The position numbers were made by a program, and so were the translations under genes. A stretch of 64,000 nucleotides of DNA from Gallionellales bacterium GWA2_60_142 (GTDB taxonomy: Bacteria; Pseudomonadota; Gammaproteobacteria; Burkholderiales; Gallionellaceae). This document shows positions 29,456 through 38,971 of the stretch, in pieces (the stretch's first letter is position 1; every line of letters starts with the position of its first letter). The stretch covers positions 25,901 to 89,900 of the forward strand of contig MGWR01000041.1 of the NCBI GenBank assembly GCA_001801085.1, read 5' to 3'. The notes under the pieces were generated by a model. The model saw only the letters and a program-made list of their open reading frames with translations. It did no database searches and was not told where the DNA came from.

Positions 29456-30434
29456 TACCCTCTCCTTCATTGGCCGAAAGCATTCTTACGACCTTCAATG
29501 CGTACTGGTTGTTGAATGAGCCGTATTTGCATTCGAGCACAGGCACACCGTCTACGGTGGCGATGATGTTATCGTTAACCTCGATGGGGATGATGTCGCC
29601 TTCCCTCATTTTCAAGACTTGCTCCATGTGGATCTCGGCCTGCCCTAAAGTGGCGACCAATTCGATTTGCGCGGATTGTACCTGTTTTGACAGGAGTTGC
29701 AGCCAGCGGTGATCCATCGCCAGATGCTCGCCCTGCATCGTGCTATAGAGCAGGTCCTTGACCGGCTCTAGCATCGAGTAAGGCATGCAGACGTGGAACG
29801 AACCGCCGTTGCCGCCGAGCTCGATGTCGAACGTGGTGACGATGACGACTTCGTTCGGCGTGGCGATGTTGGCGAACTGTGGATTCATCTCGGAACGGAC
29901 GAACTCGAATTCCAGCGGATGAACGGCCTCCCATGACTTGCTGTAGGTTTCGAATACCACCACCAGCAGATTCTGGATGATGCGCTGCTCGGTCTGGGTG
30001 AATTCGCGCCCTTCGACCCGGGTATGGAAGCGCCCGTCGCCGCCGAACATGTTGTCCACGACCAGAAACACCAGATTCGGGTCGAAGATGAACAGACCGT
30101 TGCCTCGCAAGGGCTTGGCCTGGATCAGGTTGAGATTCGTCGGGACATGCAGGTTGCGGATGAATTCGCCGAACTTCAATACGCGCACCGGACCGACGGA
30201 TATTTCCGGCGTGCGGCGGATGAAGTTGAACAAGCCGATCCGGAACAGGCGGGCGAAGCGCTCGTTGATGACTTCCATCGTGGGCATGCGCCCACGTACG
30301 ATGCGTTCCTGCGAAGCGAGATTGTACGGGCGAACACCTTCCGCCGGCGCAGCGTCGCCGCTGTCGTCGTCTGTCTCACCAGTAACGCCCCTGAGCAGGG
30401 AGTCAACTTCGTCTTGTGAGAGGAATTCGCTCAT
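29448..30434 (-). CDS. fliM: Motor switch protein FliM
   Basis: LSQDEVDSLL CheY-binding peptide, RIVRGRMPTME, FGGDGR, EGREFT. Confidence 0.97.
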   Translation of the reverse strand: MSEFLSQDEVDSLLRGVTGETDDDSGDAAPAEGVRPYNLASQERIVRGRMPTMEVINERFARLFRIGLFNFIRRTPEISVGPVRVLKFGEFIRNLHVPTNLNLIQAKPLRGNGLFIFDPNLVFLVVDNMFGGDGRFHTRVEGREFTQTEQRIIQNLLVVVFETYSKSWEAVHPLEFEFVRSEMNPQFANIATPNEVVIVTTFDIELGGNGGSFHVCMPYSMLEPVKDLLYSTMQGEHLAMDHRWLQLLSKQVQSAQIELVATLGQAEIHMEQVLKMREGDIIPIEVNDNIIATVDGVPVLECKYGSFNNQYALKVVRMLSANEGEGNG

Positions 30435-30459
30435 CTGTGTTTATCGTCGAGCCTTCGCG

Positions 30460-31065
30460 TTACTGAATGAGGAATGTGGTGAACAAGACCTCGTCCAGGC
30501 CACCCTTCACTTTTTCGGCCGGGATAGTAGGACTCCCGCCTTCCTGAGTCATGCCTATCGCCGGCGCGTTTTTGCGCAGCCCGAGCACTTGCTGGATGTG
30601 TACCTTGATCTGGTCGGCCAATCGGGTCTTGCCTTCCGGTGTCGCCAGTTCTGAAGGCTGCTTGCTTTGCAGCAGCAGATTCACGCGGTGCAGTATCTCG
30701 GGCTTGTTGTTGTTGATCTGTTCTTCCAGTTCGGCGCGATTGATCTTGAGCGAGATCGATACCTGTACGTAGCGATCGGCATCGTCTTCGCGAGCCAGGT
30801 TCGTGGTGAACGTCCCCAAGTCGATGAATTTCGGAGGCCCTGCCGCAGCTTCGGATTTGATCTCTGCGTTTTCTTTTCCCGCCGCATCTTGTTCTGGCGA
30901 ATGCTGGGGCTTAAGCAACAAGAAGGCGGCGACTGCGCCTGCAACGAGCAATGACAGCAGGGCAATGACGATGATAATAAGCTTTTTCGTGCTCTTTTTT
31001 TGGGCCGCTTCCACGACCACTTCTTGTGCTTCCGGCTTTGTACCCGGCTTTGTTCCCTTCGCCAT
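30460..31065 (-). CDS. fliL: Basal-body-associated protein FliL
   Basis: Basic stretch plus TM, FTTNL, TPEGK..L, VLFTTFLIQ. Confidence 0.92.
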   Translation of the reverse strand: MAKGTKPGTKPEAQEVVVEAAQKKSTKKLIIIVIALLSLLVAGAVAAFLLLKPQHSPEQDAAGKENAEIKSEAAAGPPKFIDLGTFTTNLAREDDADRYVQVSISLKINRAELEEQINNNKPEILHRVNLLLQSKQPSELATPEGKTRLADQIKVHIQQVLGLRKNAPAIGMTQEGGSPTIPAEKVKGGLDEVLFTTFLIQ

Positions 31066-31168
31066 GTTTTATTCCTTGATTGGTTGCGTGAAATCCGGGA
31101 GGCCAATGATAACCCGATTACTATTGCCGATTGCCGCCATAAAATTTTCTGGTGAAGTCATTGTGCGA

Positions 31169-32383
31169 TCAGGCATAGGTGTCCACCATGCCGTTGTGGC
31201 GGCCTCCCGTGGGAACCGATGCCGACCCCGACACTGGTGCCTCGCCGCCCCCCTTTTCAGAATCACCCTCGGATGATGTTGCGGATTGCCGGCCGGCGAA
31301 CTCCTGGGGACTTTGGTCGCGTGCAGACTGATCGCTGACCGTGGCATTGCCCAACATGATGCCGTTATCGGCCAACAATTCGCGAAGTTTAGGTAATGCG
31401 TTTTCCACGGCATCGCGGACGTTGGCATGGGGGGAGGCGAACAGTGCGGTGGCTTGGTTGTCCGAGATCTTGAGCACGATGTCCAAAGGCCCGAGATTGG
31501 GCGGATTCAGATGCAATTCGGCGACCTGATTCTTTTGAGAGATCATCCAACTGATCTTTTGCGAGAAATCGTCGGGCCATGCCGGGCTGCTCAGCGGTGT
31601 GGAAACCGTCTGGATATTGGCGTTCGAGCGCGCATCCGCCGGCATGTTTGGCATCGCCGCGGCGAATGATTGTGCCATGGATGCGGCGGCAGTCGCCGAC
31701 GTTGCCGCATTCGTCAGCGGCTGGGCGGTGGCCAACTCGGGGCGATTCGCCATGTTCTGAAGCTGGGCATCCTCAAGAAGCTGTTGTCCCGAGGCGGCAG
31801 CGATTGCATCGGCCCTCGCCGCTGTTGCGGGCGTGCTGTTCTGGCCTGCCGAGGCGGTGGCCGCCCCGGTGTCTCCGGGAGTAACTGCCACCGACAAATT
31901 GTTCCTGGTCGCGGCGGTTACGTCGGGCGCGCTCCCATCTGCCGAGGCGGATGGCAAGAGCGCCACATCGGAGACGGCTGCCGCGGCGGGGTCTATTCCG
32001 GCGACATTACGGTTTCCCGACACGAGCAATGCAGCGCGATCCATGACGGATGCCCCTCGCATCTCGACCGGAATCTGCACCAGTATGGCGTTCAAGGCAT
32101 CAACGGGAACAACGGGAACAATGGGAACAATGGGAACAATGGGAACAATGGCCTGATCCTGCGCCGGATGTGCGGAATCGGTGCCGGCAGCCTGTTCCGG
32201 GGAGTCGGTTTTCGACGAAGAGGCGGACGACGAGGCAGGCCGATCCACCTTGCGAGCCAGCACCTGGGCGAATGGCGACGATGCCTGATCATTGTTTGCC
32301 GTGCCGGCTATATTGTCCGGTTGCGATGTGCCCGCGGCGTTGCCGGACGGTTTGGGCGAGCTGATGATAGGCAGGTTGTTCAT
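31169..32383 (-). CDS. fliK: Hook-length control protein FliK
   Basis: Low-complexity N-terminus; T3S4 domain AELHLNPPNLGPL, VRDAVENALPKLRE, VDTYA. Confidence 0.92.
   Translation of the reverse strand: MNNLPIISSPKPSGNAAGTSQPDNIAGTANNDQASSPFAQVLARKVDRPASSSASSSKTDSPEQAAGTDSAHPAQDQAIVPIVPIVPIVPVVPVDALNAILVQIPVEMRGASVMDRAALLVSGNRNVAGIDPAAAAVSDVALLPSASADGSAPDVTAATRNNLSVAVTPGDTGAATASAGQNSTPATAARADAIAAASGQQLLEDAQLQNMANRPELATAQPLTNAATSATAAASMAQSFAAAMPNMPADARSNANIQTVSTPLSSPAWPDDFSQKISWMISQKNQVAELHLNPPNLGPLDIVLKISDNQATALFASPHANVRDAVENALPKLRELLADNGIMLGNATVSDQSARDQSPQEFAGRQSATSSEGDSEKGGGEAPVSGSASVPTGGRHNGMVDTYA
32101..32151. repeat. In-frame 9-bp tandem repeat in fliK
   Basis: GGGAACAAC then 4x GGGAACAAT plus partial units, encoding IVPIVPIVPIVPVVPV. 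Confidence 0.9.
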
Positions 32384-32406
32384 GAACGTCTCCTTGTGTC
32401 GGGGGA

Positions 32407-32880
32407 TTATGATCCGCTCCCCGGTTCTTGCTCATGGCTCATCTTGCGAGCCGCGGTCTGGCTGGTGTGTTCGTCCAGCGTTTTTTGTTCGATTTTCTCG
32501 GCGATCTTTTTTTGTGCCTCGACATGCCGTTGCCGCAACGTGTCCAAGGACTTCAACTTGCGCTGGGTGGCATTGAATTCATCGCGACCGAGTTGGGTCG
32601 ACGCCTGGCTCTTTTTCAGTTGCATCCGTTGTTGTGCAATCGCCTCGTCGAGCTTGTAGATGAATTGCTGGAAATTCCGCAATTCGACCGGACTCATGCC
32701 TTCCTGTACGCCCCGCTGCATTTGGGCCTGATAATCCCGGCGAAATTCCAGCAGGGTTTCCAGCTTTTGCTGCGCATTTTGCTGCAACTGGTTCAACTGG
32801 CCGAGCTTGCGGATCGCCGATTCGTTGTGGTGTTCCGCCAGATTCAGCAGAGGTGCGAGGGAGAAGGATTTGGTCATCAT
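32407..32880 (-). CDS. fliJ: Export chaperone/stalk FliJ
   Basis: Coiled coil; NFQQFI.KLDEAIAQQ, EQKTLDE. Confidence 0.92.
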   Translation of the reverse strand: MMTKSFSLAPLLNLAEHHNESAIRKLGQLNQLQQNAQQKLETLLEFRRDYQAQMQRGVQEGMSPVELRNFQQFIYKLDEAIAQQRMQLKKSQASTQLGRDEFNATQRKLKSLDTLRQRHVEAQKKIAEKIEQKTLDEHTSQTAARKMSHEQEPGSGS

Positions 32881-32888
32881 TCAACTCC

Positions 32889-34304
32889 CTAGTGCGCCGT
32901 CTCGAACAGGGACGAGAGTTGCATGGCGCTCTGCTGATAGGATTCCCGCTCGAACATACCCTGTTTGAGGAACTGCTCCATCCGCGGGTAGAGCGTGATC
33001 GCTTCATCCAACAGCGCATCGCTTCCGCGCACATAGGCACCGACACTGATCAAATCGCGGTTGCGCTGGTAATGGGCATACAGATGTTTGAAACGCTGCA
33101 CCTGCGACTGGTGTTGCGGCGTCACCAGCTGGGACATCACCCGGCTGATTGAGGCCTCAATATCGATCGCCGGGTAATGCCCCTGTTCGACGAGCCGGCG
33201 CGAGAGGACGACGTGCCCGTCGAGAATGGCTCGCGCGCTGTCCGCGATCGGATCCTGCTGGTCGTCTCCCTCGGTCAGCACGGTATAGAAGGCGGTGATC
33301 GAGCCGCTTCCTTCCAGTCCGTTGCCGGCACGCTCGACCAATTGAGGCAGCTTGGCGAACACCGAGGGCGGGTAGCCTTTGGTTGCGGGCGGTTCGCCGA
33401 TCGCCAAGGCGATCTCCCGTTGGGCCATTGCGTAGCGGGTGAGCGAATCCATGATCAGCAGCACATTTTTGCCCTGATCCCGGAAATATTCGGCGATGGT
33501 GGTCGCGTAGGCGGCGCCTTGCAGGCGCATCAGCGGCGAGGTGTCGGCCGGCGTGGCGACGACGACCGAGCGCGCCAGCCCTTCCTGACCGAGGATGTCG
33601 TTGATGAATTCCTTGACTTCCCGGCCCCGCTCGCCGATCAGGCCGACCACGATGACGTCCGCGCTGGTGTAGCGCGCCATCATGCCGAGCAGCACACTCT
33701 TGCCGACACCGGAGCCGGCGAACAGCCCCATGCGCTGGCCACGCCCCACGGTCAGCAGGCTATTGATGGCGCGCACGCCGACATCCAGCACGGTGTCGAT
33801 ACGAGCGCGAGCCAGCGGATTGAACGGCCGACTTTGCAGCGGTGCGGAACCCGCGTCGAACAACGGGCCGAACTGATCCAGAGGCCGTCCAGCCCCGTCC
33901 AATACCCTGCCCAGCAGCATATTGCCGACCGGCAGATGTTTGGCAGAATCGGTAGCGCGTTGCCGGGGCTGCGGCGATTTCTCGTCCAGCGTCGGGATGT
34001 GTGGCGTATCCGCCGGTGTGACGAGAGCGCCGGGCACGAGGCCGTAGACATCGTTCTCCGGCATCAGGAAAAGTTTTTCGCCGGAGAAGCCGACCACTTC
34101 CGCCGCCACGATACCATTCGGCAGATGGATGGAGCAGGTGCTGCCGACCGACATCTTCAGGCCGACAGCCTCCATCACCAATCCGGTCACCTTGGTTAGA
34201 TGGCCGCTGGGCGGCATGGTGCTGCATTGCGCGATGTATTGCTTCCCCTGATGGAGGAAGTTCTGCCATCTGGCGCTGTGCGAGGAACGGTTCAGGTTAG
34301 CCAT
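32889..34304 (-). CDS. fliI: Flagellum-specific ATPase FliI
   Basis: [50 protein letters not shown]. Confidence 0.97.
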   Translation of the reverse strand: MANLNRSSHSARWQNFLHQGKQYIAQCSTMPPSGHLTKVTGLVMEAVGLKMSVGSTCSIHLPNGIVAAEVVGFSGEKLFLMPENDVYGLVPGALVTPADTPHIPTLDEKSPQPRQRATDSAKHLPVGNMLLGRVLDGAGRPLDQFGPLFDAGSAPLQSRPFNPLARARIDTVLDVGVRAINSLLTVGRGQRMGLFAGSGVGKSVLLGMMARYTSADVIVVGLIGERGREVKEFINDILGQEGLARSVVVATPADTSPLMRLQGAAYATTIAEYFRDQGKNVLLIMDSLTRYAMAQREIALAIGEPPATKGYPPSVFAKLPQLVERAGNGLEGSGSITAFYTVLTEGDDQQDPIADSARAILDGHVVLSRRLVEQGHYPAIDIEASISRVMSQLVTPQHQSQVQRFKHLYAHYQRNRDLISVGAYVRGSDALLDEAITLYPRMEQFLKQGMFERESYQQSAMQLSSLFETAH

Positions 34305-34927
34305 GATTTGTCCTGTCCGATCGATTCGACGATGCGTTTCCAACGCGACTCGATGGTCGCATCTATCTTGGTGTGCGCGGTTTCGATACGGCATCCGCCG
34401 CGCCTGAGCCCTGCGTCGGTCAATATTCGCCAGCCGGTATGCGCCAGATGGTCGCCCATATGCTTGCGCACCAATTCGGCATCCTCAGGGTGGAGGATCA
34501 AATGACCATGCTGGTTGAAGTGCGGAAGGCTGCCGATGGCTTGGGTGACGACTTCAAGGATGGCTTCCGGGTTGATTTTCAGCGTTTCGCCGACCATCTT
34601 GCGGGCTACTTCCAGCGCCAGATCAAGCAACGACTGTGCTAGTTGGGCATCGATCTGGTTGAGCGCGACCTGAAAATCCTGCGTCAGGGCCTGAAGTTGC
34701 GCGATCTCGCTATTCGCCTGCTGGATGCCGACGGTATAACCGGCTGCCTGTCCCTGTTCGAAACCCTCGTCATAAGCTTGCTGGCGGATGCTCTCCAACT
34801 CGGCGACGGTGGCGAGTTCGATTTCTTCGCGCGTAGCCACGCGCGTCTTCGACGGGTGGTCGAAAGACGCCAACTCCCAGCGCTGGAACGCCGTCAACTC
34901 TTCCTTGGGAATGATCACGTTAGACAT
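34292..34927 (-). CDS. fliH: Export apparatus protein FliH
   Basis: QRW N-terminal motif, AxxxGxxxGxxxG repeats, GGCRIET..IDAT. Confidence 0.93.
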   Translation of the reverse strand: MSNVIIPKEELTAFQRWELASFDHPSKTRVATREEIELATVAELESIRQQAYDEGFEQGQAAGYTVGIQQANSEIAQLQALTQDFQVALNQIDAQLAQSLLDLALEVARKMVGETLKINPEAILEVVTQAIGSLPHFNQHGHLILHPEDAELVRKHMGDHLAHTGWRILTDAGLRRGGCRIETAHTKIDATIESRWKRIVESIGQDKSWLT

Positions 34928-35912
34928 AAGCCTCCTCGTTGCCGCCGCCTATCGATATCTGGCCTTCGTCGGCCAGACGGCGAACTATCTTCAATATCTC
35001 CTTTTGATTGGCTTCGACCTCACTTAGTTTCACCGGGCCTTTGGCTTCCAAATCTTCGCGCATCATTTCGGAGGCGCGAGCAGACATATTTTTGAATATC
35101 TTTTCGCGCAACTCTTCGCTGGCCGCCTTCAGTGCGATGATCAGAGATTCCGATTGAACCTCGCGCAGGATGAGCTGAATGCCGCGGTCGTCGATATCCA
35201 TCAGGTTTTCGAAGACGAACATCTTGTCTTCGATTTTCTGGGCCAGTTCGGGGTCGTAGCCGCGCACATTCTCCATGATCTCGGCTTCGAGATTGTGGCC
35301 CATGAAGTTGAGAATTTCCGCTGCGGTTTCGACACCGCCGTGCAATGTTTTTTTCCCCGTTCCGCCGCCGGCCATCAGTTTGCTGAGTACATCGTTGAGT
35401 TCCCGCAGCGCCAGCGGTTGCACGCCGTCCAGCGTCGAAATGCGGAGCATCACGTCGTTACGGGTGCGTTCGGTGAGCATTTTCAGAATTTCGGCGGCCT
35501 GATCGGGTTCCAGATGAACCAGAATGGTAGCGATGATCTGGGGATGTTCGTTGCCGATCATTTCGGCCACGGCGCCGGGATCCATCCACTTCAGGCTTTC
35601 GATACCGCTGGTGTCGCTGTTATGCATGATGCGATCCAGCAGACCGGAGGCCTTGTCGTCTCCCAAGGCTTGCGTGAGCATGTTGCGAATGTAGTCGCTC
35701 GAATCCATGCCGATGGTGGTCTTGCTGGATGCGGAGATCATGAATTCCTGGAACACTTCCGCGATCTCGTCGCGGCTGAGGTTCTTCAGCTTCATCATCG
35801 CGGCGCTGATTTTCTGGACCTCCTTGGGCTCCAGATATTTCAGCACGGCCGCAGCTTCCGCTTCGCCGAGCGACATCAGGAAGATTGCGCTTTTGTCGAC
35901 GCCGTCGGTCAT
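34920..35912 (-). CDS. fliG: Motor switch protein FliG
   Basis: EHPQIIATIL, GGVETAAEILN, MFVFEN, NMSARA, GPVKLSEVE; ATGA overlap with fliF stop. Confidence 0.96.
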   Translation of the reverse strand: MTDGVDKSAIFLMSLGEAEAAAVLKYLEPKEVQKISAAMMKLKNLSRDEIAEVFQEFMISASSKTTIGMDSSDYIRNMLTQALGDDKASGLLDRIMHNSDTSGIESLKWMDPGAVAEMIGNEHPQIIATILVHLEPDQAAEILKMLTERTRNDVMLRISTLDGVQPLALRELNDVLSKLMAGGGTGKKTLHGGVETAAEILNFMGHNLEAEIMENVRGYDPELAQKIEDKMFVFENLMDIDDRGIQLILREVQSESLIIALKAASEELREKIFKNMSARASEMMREDLEAKGPVKLSEVEANQKEILKIVRRLADEGQISIGGGNEEAYV

Positions 35913-37522
35913 TGGTTCACCCATTCCTTGATTACGCTGGCGACGATCTTGGGCTCTTGCTGTGCGAGCTGTTTTGCTGTCTGCAAGCTATGTTCGAAAT
36001 TCGGTGCCGTAGGCGTGTAGGTCGCTTCCGGTTCGGCCAGTGGAGCGGCAGCAGAGAATCCGCCGGTCTCGCTGGGCGGGCTCAGTAGAGTCTCGAAAGC
36101 CGGTTTGATGACGCGGAGAATGACGAACAGCATTGCTGCGGCGATAAGTCCATATTTGAGCAATTCTTTTAGCAATTCGATCATATCCGGCTGTTTCCAG
36201 ATTGGAGTCTCTTCGATGGTCTCGGTGGTGTCGGCGAATGAGGCAACCTGCACGTTCAGGCTGTCCCCGCGATTCTGGTCGAATCCGACGGCGTCCCTGA
36301 CCAGGTTGTTGATCTGCTCTTTTTCGTCGTCGGTGAACGGGCGCAAGCTGGTCTTGCCCTTGGCATCGGTCACCTTGCGGTTGCTGTTCACCACGACTGC
36401 CACGGACAACCGTTTGATCGAACCCACCGGCAACACCGTATGGCGTATGGTGCGGTCCACTTCGTAGTTGATTGTGGATTCTTTCTGCAGATTGGATACG
36501 TTGAGATCGTCAGCCGGGCCGACGCCGACAGCGGGGGAAGTGGCGACGATAGGCGCCGTGGCGGGAACCGGCGGCTGGTTGGTCAGCGCGCCCGGCACTC
36601 CGCTGGCGGCGAGACCTTTCCCATTGAGGGTTTCGGATACCTGTTGGCTGCGGACCGCGCTTTCATTAGGAGGCTGGTTCGGCTTGTAGGACTCGGATGT
36701 CTGCTCTGTGCGCGAAAAATCGATGTCCGCGGATACTTGTGCGCGTATGTTGGTTTGGCCCAGCATGGGGATCAGCAATGCTTCGATGCGCTTGATATAG
36801 CTTTGTTCGATCTGTTGTACATACTTGAGCTGGTTGGCATCCAGTCCTTCGTTGGTGTTCCCGTTGTGGTCTGAGCTTAACAACGTGCCGTTCTGGTCAA
36901 CAACGGTCACGTTCTTGGCCGACATCTCTGGCACGCTGCTGGAGATCAGGTGGATGATCGCGCTGACTTGGGCGGAGTCCAGAATCCGTCCACCCTGCAG
37001 ACTGAGCACCACCGAAGCGCTGGGCTTCTGTTGTTCCTTGACGAAGACGCTGGGCTTGGGGATTGCCAGATGCACGCGCGCGGCTGCCACTGCGCCGATG
37101 CTTTCTACCGAGCGGGCCAGTTCGCCCTCGAGCGCGCGCTGGTAATTGACCTGTTCGGCAAACTGAGTGATGCCGAAGCGCTGGTTCTCCATTAACTCGA
37201 ATCCGACATTGCCGCCTTTCGGCAGTCCTTGCGAAGCGAGTTTCAGACGCGCCTCATGGACCTGGTTCGAGGCGACCAGCAAAGCGCCGCCGCCTTCGGC
37301 GAACTTGTAGGGAATGTTCATTTGCTGCAGTGATTCGATAATCGCCCCGCCGTCCCGATCGGACAGGTTGCTGTACAGGATGCGGTAATCCGGTGTTTGG
37401 CTCCACAGCCACGCACCTGCGATCAAGGCGAACAGTGCGGCCAAACCAACGCCGAACCCCAGCTTTTGCTGGAGAGTGAGCTGGCTGAGACGGTTGCCCG
37501 CAATGTTTTGTGCTTCTGTCAT
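35909..37522 (-). CDS. fliF: MS-ring protein FliF
   Basis: GFELMENQ.FGITQF.EQVNYQRALEGELAR, ARVHLAIPK, GVPGALTNQPP, NYEVD. Confidence 0.97.
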   Translation of the reverse strand: MTEAQNIAGNRLSQLTLQQKLGFGVGLAALFALIAGAWLWSQTPDYRILYSNLSDRDGGAIIESLQQMNIPYKFAEGGGALLVASNQVHEARLKLASQGLPKGGNVGFELMENQRFGITQFAEQVNYQRALEGELARSVESIGAVAAARVHLAIPKPSVFVKEQQKPSASVVLSLQGGRILDSAQVSAIIHLISSSVPEMSAKNVTVVDQNGTLLSSDHNGNTNEGLDANQLKYVQQIEQSYIKRIEALLIPMLGQTNIRAQVSADIDFSRTEQTSESYKPNQPPNESAVRSQQVSETLNGKGLAASGVPGALTNQPPVPATAPIVATSPAVGVGPADDLNVSNLQKESTINYEVDRTIRHTVLPVGSIKRLSVAVVVNSNRKVTDAKGKTSLRPFTDDEKEQINNLVRDAVGFDQNRGDSLNVQVASFADTTETIEETPIWKQPDMIELLKELLKYGLIAAAMLFVILRVIKPAFETLLSPPSETGGFSAAAPLAEPEATYTPTAPNFEHSLQTAKQLAQQEPKIVASVIKEWVNQ

Positions 37523-37569
37523 GATGACTTAAAGTCACTCCTGAGGTTGGATGTTCGGATGCTGCATGT

Positions 37570-37663
37570 ATTATCAGTAAGGATGCATGTTCTTGAAAAG
37601 CCGAATACCGCTGTAAAACCATGTCTTTTCATCAGATTTGTATTGTGTGAACTCGGTTAATGT
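37570..37663. promoter_or_regulatory. Divergent class-2 (FlhDC-type) promoters for fliF and fliE sharing one box
   Basis: Box GAATAC...AAAA...CTTTTC at 37603-37630; TAATGT 27 nt downstream on + and GATAAT 27 nt downstream on -. Confidence 0.62.
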
Positions 37664-37692
37664 GCACGTGCCTGAAAAAGGAGAAGGCGACA

Positions 37693-38016
37693 TTGAATAC
37701 ACCGGCAATAGACAGTTTGTTGGCGCAGATGCGCGTGGCCAAGGCGGCTGCGACGGGTTTGCGCGAGCCCGAACAGGCGACGCAACCCGGCAGGCTCGAT
37801 TTTGCCTCCGTATTGAAATCCTCACTGGACGATATCGCCCAGTCGCAGGCCAGTTCAGAGGCTATGCAGAAGGCTTTCGTGATGGGGGATGAGCGCGCCA
37901 GTCTGAGCGACACAATGATTGCGATGCAGAAGGCCAGCATCAATTTCCAGTCGGCCATTCAGGTGCGCAACAAGGTGGTGCAGGCTTACAACGACATCAT
38001 GAATATGCAGGTCTAA
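37693..38016 (+). CDS. fliE: Hook-basal body protein FliE
   Basis: DFASVLKSSL, TMIAMQKASINFQ..IQVRNKVVQAYNDIMNMQV; TTG start after GAGAAGG. Confidence 0.94.
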   Translation: MNTPAIDSLLAQMRVAKAAATGLREPEQATQPGRLDFASVLKSSLDDIAQSQASSEAMQKAFVMGDERASLSDTMIAMQKASINFQSAIQVRNKVVQAYNDIMNMQV

Positions 38017-38034
38017 CGCCCGTTTGGGCAGGTG

Positions 38035-38823
38035 CTACAGTAGCGCTGAGGCGTTGGCGGCCATCAGGCGTTGTTTGTCGGTAATGAAGCGCTGCAGTTT
38101 AAGGGTGGTCGGACCGTCGATGTTCTTGAATTCGCAGCCGGCCCGCTTCATGGTCTTTCCGAGCTTGTTCGTGGATAAAGGGATGATGTTCCTGACGATG
38201 AGGTTCACTTCGATCGGCCCGATCTCCGGAAGGTCGATCCGGCAATTCTGATAGAGCGTCCCTGTTTCAAGACCGAACTCGTCTTCCATGAAGACCAGAC
38301 CGATCCCGCCGCCGCTGATATCCATCACCGGTATCGTGATCTGAGGGGGGGGCTCCTGTGTACCGGGAGCCTTGGGGCGTCCGGTTTCGATGATGCAACG
38401 CAAATACTCGGATGGCAGCAGGGATAGCCGGAAATATTCGCGGCGCTGCAGCCGGTAGAGGCTGGTCGGCATCGGCAGGAAAAACGCCGGTTGGTCGTCG
38501 TAGGTTACGATGCTGGCCGCATTTGCAGCGCATTGAACCTTTACATGGTTGTGCGAGCTGACCAGTGTGATTTTGTGGCTTTCTCCGATGTGATGGTTCT
38601 CCGTCGCACTGTGTCCGGGCTCTACCCACAAGCCGTCCTCATCGAGATCCAGAATCGTGGTCATGATGAAATCCCGCTTGGCGTTATAGTAGAGCGCTGC
38701 GTTTGTTCCACTTTCTGCGATGTCTCGCAGGATCGAGTGAATTTGCTTGGGCGAGGAAATGCGGCATTCTTTTTCGTCTGCGTCGGTAATGCTTTCGATC
38801 GTCAGTGGAATATCTTTTTTCAT
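38035..38823 (-). CDS. ycgR: c-di-GMP-binding flagellar brake, YcgR/PilZ family (copy 1)
   Basis: YcgR-like N-domain, QRREYFR and DISGGG PilZ motifs. Confidence 0.88.
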   Translation of the reverse strand: MKKDIPLTIESITDADEKECRISSPKQIHSILRDIAESGTNAALYYNAKRDFIMTTILDLDEDGLWVEPGHSATENHHIGESHKITLVSSHNHVKVQCAANAASIVTYDDQPAFFLPMPTSLYRLQRREYFRLSLLPSEYLRCIIETGRPKAPGTQEPPPQITIPVMDISGGGIGLVFMEDEFGLETGTLYQNCRIDLPEIGPIEVNLIVRNIIPLSTNKLGKTMKRAGCEFKNIDGPTTLKLQRFITDKQRLMAANASALL

Positions 38824-38829
38824 CAGTCA

Positions 38830-38838
38830 ATTATAGCA
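38830..38838 (-). promoter_or_regulatory. Extended -10 (TGcTATAAT) 6 nt before the ycgR copy 1 ATG
   Basis: Minus strand TTTGCTATAAT-TGACTG-ATG with no Shine-Dalgarno. Confidence 0.55.
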
Positions 38839-38971
38839 AACTGAGTTGTGCTGGATAGCGCGGGTTGACTGGATGCCGGACGTTTGATCTTTGTCTGCAA
38901 GGCTGTTGGGACGGTCGAATGCCGAGCGGATAACTTGGCGCGAGCCGATACCGAAAAGCTCGTTTGATCGA

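Noticed and set aside
32101-32151. Short repeat array as a CRISPR
   Set aside because: The units are contiguous 9-mers with no spacers, inside a CDS, and no cas genes are present.
38824-38971. Possible c-di-GMP riboswitch between the ycgR paralogs
   Set aside because: No GEMM-like GGCAAAC..GAAA..GACGCAAAG pattern was seen, only a small hairpin. An Infernal/Rfam scan would be decisive.
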